Source of the DNA: Azolla caroliniana
Lineage: Eukaryota > Plantae > Polypodiophyta
Direction: 5' to 3'
Assembly: GCA_043228905.1 (NCBI GenBank)
Contig: JBHGNT010000007.1
Coordinates: 17,484,001 to 17,548,000 of the forward strand
Length of the DNA: 64,000 nucleotides
Position numbers and translations under genes: made by a program. Within the stretch, counting starts at the first letter, position 1. Each line of letters opens with the position of its first letter. The notes under the pieces are model-generated. The model was not told where the DNA came from. It made no database searches and saw only the letters and a program-made list of their open reading frames with translations. Of this stretch, positions 1-10,740 are shown one piece after another.

Positions 1-1266
1 CGGACGTTACATGCCTAGGGATATCCAACCAAATGGCTCCGATTTTGGCCGGACTTACTCGTTTAACACATCATCTAATTGGCTCAAGACATCAAATGTA
101 TTTTTATGACAAGGACTACTAGGCCTTCTTGGGTTACAAGAAGGCGGGGCAGAAATTGAGATGGGATTGTCATGAGCACTTACTTGGTTAACTTGTCGTG
201 GTGGTTTATGTGGACAATTCACTGCAATATGCCCTAGACTAGCACAATAGAGGCATAGACGATTCGCTCGCCGTCATTGCTTTTTAGCATCTAATAATGG
301 TCCTCGACGTTGTATTGTCTCGATTTCCATTGGAGTAGGGCCTTCCACCACACTTGACTTTGATACTTGGGGTGGAGTTGCAACCACCGAAGCATATGTT
401 TCTGTTGGTTGAAAGCGTAACATTTGTTGTCGCTCAGAACGCCGCTCAAATAAGCGATTGTCACATCGCACGGCCCGACTTACTGGTTCAGTAAGAGATT
501 TTGGATCATCATGGAAGGTAAGAAGTAAATCCTTCACATCATTGCGCAGACCTTGACGAAATTGATCCATTAATGCCGCCTCGTCCCATGGAATATCACA
601 TGCTAGAAGGCGAAAATCTGCAGCATAAGTGGAAGCAGGACGATCTCCTTGTCGTAATCGCCGAATTTTGTTTATTGCAGTCCTCATACTATTAGTGTCT
701 CCAAAGTTGGCTTGGAACTCATTAATAAACCCTTGAAAATCTTCTAATAATGGTGAGTGCTTCTATAGGAGTGGTGCAAACCACGCCAATGTGGTACTCG
801 TTAACAAGGAACCAACTAGACCCACACGAGCAACATTAGTTGGGTAACGGCTAGGATGCAATTTAATCACAAGTCGTACCTGATTTAAAAATCCACGAAA
901 TTGAGACCTTGTACCATCAAACTTGGCCGACAGACTAATCTTGGGTTCCTTCGGCGAGGTTTGAACTTCCGTCGCTTGTCGTTGCAATAGAGTAGTCTCC
1001 AATTGATGCACCCGTTGAGATAATTCTTCATATTGTTGTACTTTCTCAGCACTTACTTGTTGTAGGTCTCCCAACAATCTTTGATTTTCATGCTCTAGTG
1101 CCACGAATTTGGTTGTTAGCATTTCGATCTCGGAGAGAACACGCATATATTCTTGCTTGCTGACGGACTCCATAGTTGCGATAGAAAATTGCTAGATTTG
1201 GTTGAATAAGGTTAAGATAAGAAGAAGAAGTTGGAGAAGAAGAAAAGAGATAGATTCGGTTCAAAC

Positions 1267-1314
1267 TGTTGTGACTTGAGAATAGGAGAGAGAAAAATAA
1301 GATGACAATAGAAG

Positions 1315-1351
<37 letters not shown>

Positions 1352-1366
1352 AGATGACAATAGAAG

Positions 1367-1411
<45 letters not shown>

Positions 1412-1789
1412 ACTAGAAATGGAAAGAGAGTTTATATTATAAGAGAGCAAGGATTACAAAGAGTAGGCTAAGGGGCTACAAACTGGTGTTGAACCGAATG
1501 AGTTGTGATGAATGAATAGACACCTATTTATAGGTCCTTATGGAGTATTCTAGAATGTTCTAAAATATTTTAGATATTTATGATATTTAATATAATCATG
1601 GAATATCCTAGAATGTTCTAGAATACTCTAGATTGTTGTAGAATACTCTAAATGTCTTGTAATAACTAATAATACATTTATTATAACTATACATCATATA
1701 TGTTAGTATAATGGTTAAAGGTCTAACATATAGACCAAGACGTCTTGGGCTCGAATCCTTGTAAGGCCAAAATGTATGTCGTCATGACA
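1267..1789 (-). repeat. 5' LTR of the Tcn1-like element
   Basis: Minus-strand termini TGTCATGAC...GTCACAACA (imperfect inverted repeat). TATAAATA at 1532-1525. (TC)n tracts in R/U5. Confidence 0.75.
1697..1769 (+). pseudogene. tRNA-like cassette inside LTR U3
   Basis: A-box-like TAGTATAATGGT (1704) and B-box-like GGCTCGAATCC (1748) at canonical tRNA spacing. Stems are degenerate. Confidence 0.55.
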
Positions 1790-1854
1790 AATACAGGTAT
1801 ATAGAACTTGTCACATTAATTTAGTGTAACGTTATAGTTTATTCTTCAATTTGA

Positions 1855-2240
1855 TGTTACATGTGCAATTTCATTATACTATCATGTACTACTACAACAT
1901 GCGCCTTAAAGATGTTCAGGAACTCTGTTGCATTAGAGAAGGACCCTGAGCAAGTTATTTTCATCAAAATGAGGATCCAAGGTATCTGAGACTGTCCTGA
2001 TCAAGACCAAGAAGTTGGGGCAAAACATATCAATGAAACTAAGATGTTCCAGATGACTTGTAGAGAACCGATGGAACCTATAGATGAAGAAGTAGGGGAC
2101 CTTGTTGAATTAGCAGACGTGTCTGAGTCTGAACATACTAACAATTCAACTTAGCGTACCGACGAAGCCAATGAAGACAATCCTGATGCAAGAGTTAATC
2201 TTGATGAGACGGCTTTACTAGACTTATTGTTTGATTGAAT
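1855..2240 (+). pseudogene. Possible decayed C-terminus of a hAT-type transposase
   Basis: Translation ...YYYNMRLK... resembles the hAT dimerisation tail (HYNLRL) and is followed by an acidic low-complexity stretch. Frame is broken. Confidence 0.25.
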
Positions 2241-4902
2241 GGATATGGCTTATTATAAAATTTGAACAATATGAATTGTTAAATTTTGACGTAATATATA
2301 AGTTGAGCGTATTTATAATTTTTGTGTAATACTCATTGAACTTAGAGATTAAGTATAATTTGTATGTGTACATGTTGTCTAAAGTCTCCTTTATTGTTTG
2401 GGGTATATGGGAGATAAAATTATACTCTACCATTTACTCATATGATTGGAATGTTATTGTAGACTAGTTTATTTATACATTGACGGTGTCATGTATCACA
2501 TGTCAATGGAAATTTTCTCTTGACATAGTAGTATCTCTTAATTGCAAGGTTCACAATTTGCTTTAAGATATATTATATATAAATATACACAGATAATTAG
2601 AAGAAGTCACTTATTCAATGGGGTATGCGTTTTAGAATATGCACAAGGACTCGTGTTACTATTATACTTGCATTGACGAATATAGCCATGTCTAAGATTT
2701 GGACAAAAACATGGTAGATAGAATATACGTCGGATGATTTTGTTGACATGATATTAGTTAGTTCTATTTTTCGCTATGTTTTCATAAACCACATACGTAT
2801 CGTCGTGCCTTTTTAAAATTATGCTTAAATAAGACATTTTTTAACATCTCACTAAGATATGAAAAAGAGAATGCGAGATATTACCTGTTTTAAATGACCC
2901 GGTGTTATATAAAGGATCCGGATCAATGTATCTTTAGGGAAGTAATACAAGTTAGAGTATCGATTTTCTATTCTATTTGTCTACTGTGTGATTTATCTTG
3001 TGTCCTTGCCGTCTGTGTGTTAAATCATTATCGTATGCGTGTAATTAATTGCCGGATATGTTGTAAGTGTTCTGGAGAGCATTCCGGAAAGTAACCGGAT
3101 AGTTATAAGTGCCGGATTGAAGAATCACCATCCATGTCTCGGACCACCCCTTTGGATACATATTCCGGAAAGGAATAGCTTGTGTTAGCAACGAAGTCCA
3201 GGCCAGGAGTAACTTTCATCCTTTTGGATCTTCCCCTTTGTGAGACTATCGAGGATAGACAGCCAAAATTCAGCCTCCTTCCCATTTGGGTTTCTTGTTT
3301 CCTTCCCCTCATGGATCCTAACTAATGCCGAGTAGTGGTTGGACTCAACATTCTAAGCTTCGGCCTCTTCCATGAGCCTTTTCATAGGTCTCCTCAACCA
3401 ATGTTCGATTCCAAGGAGTGTCTTGTTGTTGTTGTTGTTCCCTACAAAATATATAACATTCTCCACATGACCTCTTAGAAGTTCTGACACTCCCTTCTTT
3501 GGTGGCCAGGGATGTTGCATCACATGCATCTTTGTATGAATGTGGGATGTCAAACTTGAGGTGGTCGCCCACCATCTCTTCTCGATAGGGCTATCTAGAG
3601 GTCTGCCACCATCTTTGTGAGTTCGTCAATTTCCACCCCTAGACGTTCCTTCCATCATGTTTGTTGTCGGTCGAGGAACCGCATTTTCTTGCTCCCTCCT
3701 TTCCATCATTTTGGTTCCCTCCGTTTTGGCAAGACTCGAACTTAGCTCCTCTCTTGGAAATAAGGTTTATCAAATAAATCATTTCAACTCTTTTCTTTCT
3801 CTATTAATTTAACTTCCTTTGTTTTTATATTTACTATTTTTATCTTACAAAACTTGTTTACCAAAAGTAAATTGTTTTTGCAAGACTTGAACTCACAACC
3901 TTTATTTGAGAAGGAGCATTTGAGATAATACGTTTCACCTTCTTCATTTTCTTACGTTTGTTTTCTTTCCTTTAAATTTTGTCGTATATTATGATCTTTG
4001 TATCCCACACCCTCGTGAGCTTCTTCACCCGCTTTCTCTTCTTCTTCCTCTCAATGAATGGGTAAATACCCCATCTTTGTTGTAAACCAATTCTCTCATG
4101 GGCCAATTTTGGTCTTAGAAGACGTTAATATATCTTTCTTTCTTTCTTTCTCTCTCCCTCTCCCCATTCAGCCACGATAGGAGTGACTTACACCCTATAA
4201 AACCCTCCTTGAGGCCGTTCACGAACCGTCTCATGCATGGGCAGTTGCGTCTTTTTTTTTAATATTAAATTATTTATTTATTTATTATAAATTATTATAA
4301 ATTCTATTTTGCAATAGTACATTTGAGAAATTACGAAATCACCCTTATTTACTTTCGAATCCCCCTTTTTGATATAATTACATTTTTGCCGCGTGTAGCA
4401 TTGATCCTTCCGAAGGCTATATCTTGGGATTCCGAACTCCAATTCACGAATCGAAAAATTGTACATGGTCCTCATCACAAGCTCCAAATGGAAATTTTAC
4501 TTCTCAAGTTTTTTAACATTGTTTCGATATCATGAAGCCTCAACTTGACTACAACGGGCCATAGGGCTCTCGCTCTATTGGACCTTGGTCGTGTGAGAAT
4601 TGTACATTTTTTGTCGTTTATCAAAGCAATTAGATGCCCTTTAAACTGTGGACCAATTTTTCATACTCATTCTCGAGTAGGAGGCCCATCTTCTCCATGT
4701 CTGGAGCATCCACCACTTGAACAAACAGTAGAACTTTGCTAGTGGTGAATATCTTCTTATCGAATGTAAAGAGGCACCAATAAACCACTTCTGAAATTCT
4801 TGACATAGCACCATGGTGGTCACCTCCCTTTCCCAGATGATTTGTTCCAATCCATTAAGTCTTTCTTTGTCCTCTTCATGGAGTCGTTAATGTCATGCTC
4901 TT

Positions 4903-5311
4903 TGCGAATGTTAATGTGCGGAAGCGTCAGACAGAACCAGCTCAATTAGATAGCAACATAAAACGAGCTGAAGATTTAATGGAAAAGCTTCAAACACAGA
5001 GGAGACAGAGAGAGTAGAACATAAAACTATATTCAAAAATTAATTCTAAAACTCTGTAGATACAATGTGCTAAACAACACTATTTATACAAGTCCATAAA
5101 GTACTGACAGAAGTATTGACAGGTACTTCAATGCTCACAAGTGCGACTGACACTAACTACGAGACAATGATTACCTAGTAGTCTAGGCTACTACAAGCTT
5201 CCGGTTCCCGCTCGAATTCCCGCTCGAATTCGACTCTCCGATCCAGCTCCCCGAACCGACCGGTTGTTTCCGGATACCGATCCAGATCCGGTTGAGCTTG
5301 CTCACTCAACA
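4903..5311 (-). repeat. 3' LTR of Copia element
   Basis: Minus-strand TGTTGAG...ACATTCGCA with internal TATAAATAG. Similar to the LTRs at 22759 and 28280. Confidence 0.85.
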
Positions 5312-8160
5312 CTCCCCCTCAAGCTCAACTTGAGGTCAAATCGTGGTGTTAGTGTCCGCGACAGCCAGTTCTTCTACCCGACTCCTTTTGGTGTTGCCCC
5401 GCCTCGCTCACATTCCTCGTCCGGTCCGGTCTTGTTTGCTGCGACCCTTTTGGTTCTGTGCACCTCGACCTCCTCGGTCAGCTTGACTACTCAACAGGCC
5501 CATTTCAACTCCCGCGTTGTTGCGACTCCGGCGTTTGTCGACCTGTCGGTTCCTTCGTGCTGGTGTCGACTTCCGCTACGTCCGTGTCCGCTTGGCCTTT
5601 AGTTGATCCAGCTTCTCCGAATCTTGAACCAAATCGGTTTCCTTCGATTCATTCCAGCTCTTGTCCGAGTCGGTGTTCTCCAACTCGTCTTCTGGTTTCG
5701 GGCCCTTCACCACACCAGACCACGTCTGGGTCTTGGCCGTTTTCTTCCAATCGGCTTTGTCCTTCTTGACTCTGCCGCCACTGCCGCTTGTTCCGACCTT
5801 TTCGGATGTGCCGACTCCTTCGGTCAGCTCAACTTCCTTTTTCGTCTTGTCTCCCCCTTTGTTGGTTCATTCTTCCTCTCCGGCTCCTTGTCCGGTGTCA
5901 TCCGTTCCCTTTCCTTTTCTCCCCCTCAAGTGCGGCACGTCGAGATGCTGAACACCAAGCATTTTGGTGAAGTGCTGCAACTTGTCCGATCCAAGCGATT
6001 TAGTGAAGATATCTGCAATTTGCCGATCCGTCTGAACATACCGAAGTTCTACTTCACCGCTCAAAACCCGCTCACGCACAAAGTAATTGTGGACTTCTAT
6101 GTGCTTCGTCTGAGCATGGAACACGGGGTTCTTGGCAAGCTGAATGCTGCTCATGTTGTCACAATAGATCAGGATCGGGGTCGGGACCTCAATCCGCAGG
6201 TCTTGCAGTAGTGGCCGAAGCCGGATGGCTTCATAGGTGGCATTGGTAGCGCCCAGGTATTCAGCCTCAGTGCTCGACAGAGCCACTATTGGCTGCTTTT
6301 TGCTGCTCCACGCAACAGCCATGCTACCCAGAGAAAACATGTAACCGGAGGTGGATCGGCGATCCGATGCATCACCGGCCCAGTCGGCATCTGTATATCC
6401 GACTAGTTCTTCAGTTATACCATGTCGGTATAACAGTCCCCGGTCCTTCGTGCCGCTCACACACCGGAGTATCCGGTGTGCGCACTAAAGGTGCTCGACG
6501 GTCGGCTTCTACATGAACTGGCTAATCACTCGATAGTTGGGTCGAGTGATCGTCAAGTATATCAAGCTTCCGACGATTTGTCGAAATCGTTGCTCATTGT
6601 AGGCCGGTCCGGAGTTGGGACAGAGCTTCTGGTTCCAGTCCAGGTGTGTGGAGACAAGTTGGCACTCCGTCATACCGAACTTGTACATCATATTCAACAC
6701 ATAGTGTCGTTGTGAGAGCAATATGCCGTCGGGGGTTCGGATCACCTCGATCCCAAGAAAATAATGAAGGTCCCCCAGGTCCTTCATTTCAAATACGTCC
6801 GACAACTGGGACTTTACTCGGCCGATTTCATTGAGTCCGGTTTCGGTGATGACTAAATCATCAACATAAAGTAGGATGCAAAACAGACCGTCCGGACCTT
6901 GCCAGATGAACAACGACGAGTTGGATTTAGAGGTCACAAACCTCATCTTACGCAACTGGTGCGTGATCTTCGTATTCCAAGCTCGGGGGGCTTGTTTCAA
7001 ACCGTAAAGCGACTTCTTGAGCCAACACACCGCCGACTTGTTCATCTCTAACTGAAAACCGGGAGGTTGGATCATATAGACCCGTTCTTCAAGGTCACCT
7101 TGAAGAAATGCATTCTTCACATCCATCTAGTGAAGATGTCACCCCCTTGCCACAGCAATCGCTAGTACCACACGAACAGTCGTCATCTTCGCTATCGGGG
7201 CGATGGTCTCATCGTAATCAATTCCCTGGGTCTGTGTGTATCCCTTCGCCACTAACCGGGCCTTGTACCGGTTAACCGAACCATCGGCATTGTACTTTAC
7301 CTTGTACACCCATTTGCAACCGATCGGTTTATAGTGTCGGGGAGGGTCAACAAGGTCCCGTGTGTCGTTGGCATCTAGTGCCCGCATTTCTTCCTCCATA
7401 GCGGCACGCCAATTTGCGTCCTTTGCCGATTCTATGTAGCTCTCTGGCTCACGCACTTCCGCCACCTTAGTCATGAACGCATAATGATGTGCCATGTACT
7501 CATTGTACCCATAACAAGGTTCTTCAGGCGGGAAGACTGGCGTAACTTGGTATTACCCGGTTTGGAGCCCTTCTTGGCCAGGTCGGACTTCGTTCCCGAA
7601 GATTCGGCTTCATCCTTTCCGGAGTCGGATTTGCTCCGATCCAACTTAACATTGCCGGTTTCGTATTCCGGCATCTTCTTCTTCCCCTTCTCTTTGCGCG
7701 TGAACCGTCTCCTCGGTTCCTTGCGTGGGGCGAGCACGTCAGAGTCTCCACTACTCGTCGGTTCCTCATCCGATTGGTCATCCCGACTCAGCCGCTCATT
7801 CGGTCCACTTAGCCAGAATGAGATCGGACTCTCTTCTAAAGTGCCAAAGTCTTCATCTTCTACTTGGATCTCCTCGGGCTCACTAGCCTCATCTTCCGGA
7901 ATCGGGTCTTCGTCGGGAGTTGGAGTCGGTAAGGAGTATCATGATGCCATCTCATCAAACTCGACATCTCGGCTTACTCGAACCTGGTTAGTCTGGGGTT
8001 TATAACACTTATACCCCTTTTGCTCATGCGAGTAACCGACTAGAATGCACTTCTCCGACTTCGGATCCAGCTTCCTCCGCTTCTCATCCGGTACATGCAC
8101 ATATGCGATGCTACCGAATATCCGAAGTTGTCTCAAATTCGGTTTTCGCCCGAAATATAA

Positions 8161-8558
8161 CTCATGTGCTGACACCTTGTCACCGATCCGGTTTTGGATG
8201 TAGACGGCCGTCCGGACCGCCTCGGCCCTGTAGAAATGGGGCATGCTCTTCTCCTCCAGCATTGCCCTTGCCGCGTCGACAATCGACCGGTTCTTCCTTT
8301 CGGCCACACCGTTTTGCTCTGGTGTGTACCTACAGCTGAATTCTCTCTGAATTCCGTTATGCTCATTTGCTGATACCTTGTCTCCGATCCGGTTTTGGAT
8401 GTAGACGGTCGTCCGGACCACCTTGGCCTAGTTGAAATGGGGCATGCTCTTCTCCTCCAGCATTGCCCTTGCCGCGTCGACAATCGACCGGTTCTTCCGT
8501 TCGGCCACACCATTTTGCTCCGGTGTGTACCTGCAGCTGAATTCTCTCCGAATTCCGT
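8161..8558. repeat. ~200-bp tandem duplication within the integrase region
   Basis: 8161-8362 and 8363-8558 both encode REFSCRYTPEQNGVAERKNRSIVDAARAMLEEKSMPHF. Confidence 0.9.
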
Positions 8559-9705
8559 TCTGCTACAGAGAACTTTTGAATTGGCCGGAAAAGTATTCTT
8601 TCCCGCCATCCGACCACAAGCACTTGATCTTCCTCTCCGTTTCCCATTCAACCAAGCTTTGAAGGTTCCGAAAACACTCGAAGACTTCGCTCTTCCTCTT
8701 GATGAGGTAGATCCACGTGTGTCGGCTGTAGGCGTTGATGAAGGAGACGAAATACTGACTCTCGCCAAGACTAACGTTTCGTGTCGATCCCCATACATCC
8801 GAATGGATTAAATCGAGCTTGTTATGGCTCCGGTTTCGATCGGTGGGGAATGGAAGCCGGTGTTGCTTGCTGAGTTGGCAGGCTTCACAAATTTCGGCAA
8901 ACCGAAAACGACTTGTTTCGATTTCAGGTCTTGAAGCCCTCGATAATTGACGTGGCCAATCTGCTTGTGCCACAGGTCGATGTCCGATTCGACCTTCTGC
9001 CCTTTCGCAAACATAGTGGTGCCGACATCATTAGTGTTGAGGATGAACATCCTCCCGTCTTTGCGCCCTTGCGCAATTATCCGACCCTCTTCCTCGATGC
9101 AGCACCATACGTGCGTAAACCGCACTTGCATCCCTTGGTCAATGATTTGTCCAACTGACACCAGGTTCTTTGTGATAGTTAGAACATGTCGTACGTTCAT
9201 CAACTTCCCCTTTTGTCTGACGTGGCTTAAAGGGACTTCTCTGACATGCATAATCGGGTGAGGGGTGTTGTCTCCGGTTTCGACATCCCCCGGTTGTTCC
9301 GGTTTCTCTAAAAAAGAGAACCACTCTTCATGGCTCGTCATGTGGTTGGACGCTCCAGAATCAACGTACCATACTTCCTCTGATCCAGAAGTAGTCTTCT
9401 TCATCGAGTTAGCCTTGTACTTCATCACGAAGGCTAGCCCTTTACCGGTTTCCCGGTTCCGGATCCTTACGATCCTTCCGCATAGTGCGAGCTTTGCCGG
9501 TTCTCCTAACCGGCTTTGCCGGATCCGAATTTGTTCGAATCGGCGCACTTCTTCCAACACTCGCTTTCCTTGTGGCCCTTTTTACCACAGTACCAGCATT
9601 CCGTATCGGCCTTTCCTTGCCGGTTCCCAGCGCCACTTTGACTCCCCCTGCTTGTGGAGGGTGCGGAACTGCTATCGGCACACCCTCTGTGGCTCCGGTC
9701 CTGCT

Positions 9706-10141
9706 TGTCAGGAACAGTACTAAGACAGAGAAGGAATTAGTACTAAACGAAGGATTAGTACTATGAGAGGTGTAGAACTTCTTTGAGAGAAGGAAGAAGT
9801 GAGCGAGACAAAGAGAAAGAGAGAGATCGAGAGAGGGAGAGAGTGATGATAAGAAAGAAATGTATTATGTGAAGAGAATATACAATGGTGGCTAAAAGGC
9901 TTAAGACTGGCGTTGAACCAATTTGGTTCAACATAATGCCTAGTGCCCTCTTTTATAGTGTTTTCAGACCTAAGGCCCCCAAGCAAGTTCACACTTGGCC
10001 CTTATAGGTTGTCCCAATTCCTAAGATTAAAAGTAATCCTCCCTTCTTTACACTCTCGTTTAACCCTCACAATTTATCCACATGTATAGAATACTATGAT
10101 ACAATCTTACCACGAGATATTATATGGTCATGCCCCTGACA
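9706..10141 (-). mobile_element. Isolated LTR related to the 1267-1789 LTR, without a matching TSD
   Basis: Termini TGTCAGG...CCTGACA. Minus-strand TATAAAA is followed by ATTGGTTCAACGCCAG, similar to ATTCGGTTCAACACCAG in the first LTR. Flanks tgct/tcaa do not match. Confidence 0.65.
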
Positions 10142-10740
10142 TCAAGAGAATATTTCACTGACATCTCAAATGACATAACTTGTGAAATTCCTACTTGAAT
10201 TTGCAAAGCTTTGGATGAAGAGATATGCCACTCTTTCTCGAAGTCTGCCATGAAACGTAATGAAGTCTTGTGTTAAGCCTGATGCATGTTTGTGCCATCC
10301 CAACAAATATATCCAATCATTAAAGTTTTGAATTGGGTTTGAGGGTCAATACTATCACAAAATGTCATGAATGTCATGCAAGAAAATGTGACAAAACTCT
10401 TCCCTGTCCTCTTTAGAGTGGATGAATTCGATGAATTCCATCAGTGATGCCAATCAGATAGAATGTGCTCTTTAGCATTGAGTCCATTCACATCTTGAAG
10501 AGAGATGAGAATCAATGCTTATAGACCTGAAAAAATGGTTTCACTTGCTTCTTCCATTAGCAAGTTAAACTATGAAGCTAAATCAACATCAGTTCCCCTT
10601 GTTGTGTATTTTGCTTCCAAACTTATTTTTTCCCTGTGTTAGGATATGTTGAAGTCTATTTGTTTGTGATTGAGACCCCACATCATGGTAACTATGAAGT
10701 TTTCTCTCAGTAATTCTCTTTGTGTTGCGCCTTTCTCGAT

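Larger units (their letters stand above)
1..1789 (-). mobile_element. 5' part of a Ty3/Gypsy chromovirus-like (Tcn1/Tf1-sushi group) LTR retrotransposon: 5' LTR plus degenerate gag
   Basis: ORFs 763-1173 and 274-687 give Ty3-type capsid motifs (PKISLSAKFDGTRSQFRGFLNQV; LRQGDRPASTYAADFR; LMDQFRQGL). A CX2CX4HX4C knuckle (CLYCASLGHIAVNC) follows a stop at ~272. The LTR lies upstream. Confidence 0.85.
4903..9705 (-). mobile_element. Ty1/Copia retrotransposon, 5'-truncated and degenerate (gag end, PR, INT, RT, RNaseH, 3' LTR)
   Basis: Motifs WYVDSGASNHMT, IHSDVWG, YTPEQNGVAERKNR, MDVKNAFL, LLYVDDLVI, YTDADWAGD and TKHIEVH. PPT (ctccccctc, 5312-5320) abuts the LTR at 4903-5311. Same family as 22759-28682. 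Confidence 0.95.

Noticed and set aside
1088-1450. SLSLSL / ERERER ORFs (also 22002-22187, 58271-58522)
   Set aside because: Translations of (GA/TC)n microsatellites.
2890-3730. LTR-like CCGG-rich segment and short ORFs
   Set aside because: Weak resemblance to the 58572 LTR, but boundaries and protein motifs could not be established.
3878-3935. Fourth tRNA-like cassette (minus strand GTGAGTTCAAGTCTTGC)
   Set aside because: Only a B-box-like motif is visible, with no convincing A box or defined host LTR.
4280-4900. Coding-like minus-strand remnant
   Set aside because: Several stops and no family motif that I can recognise.
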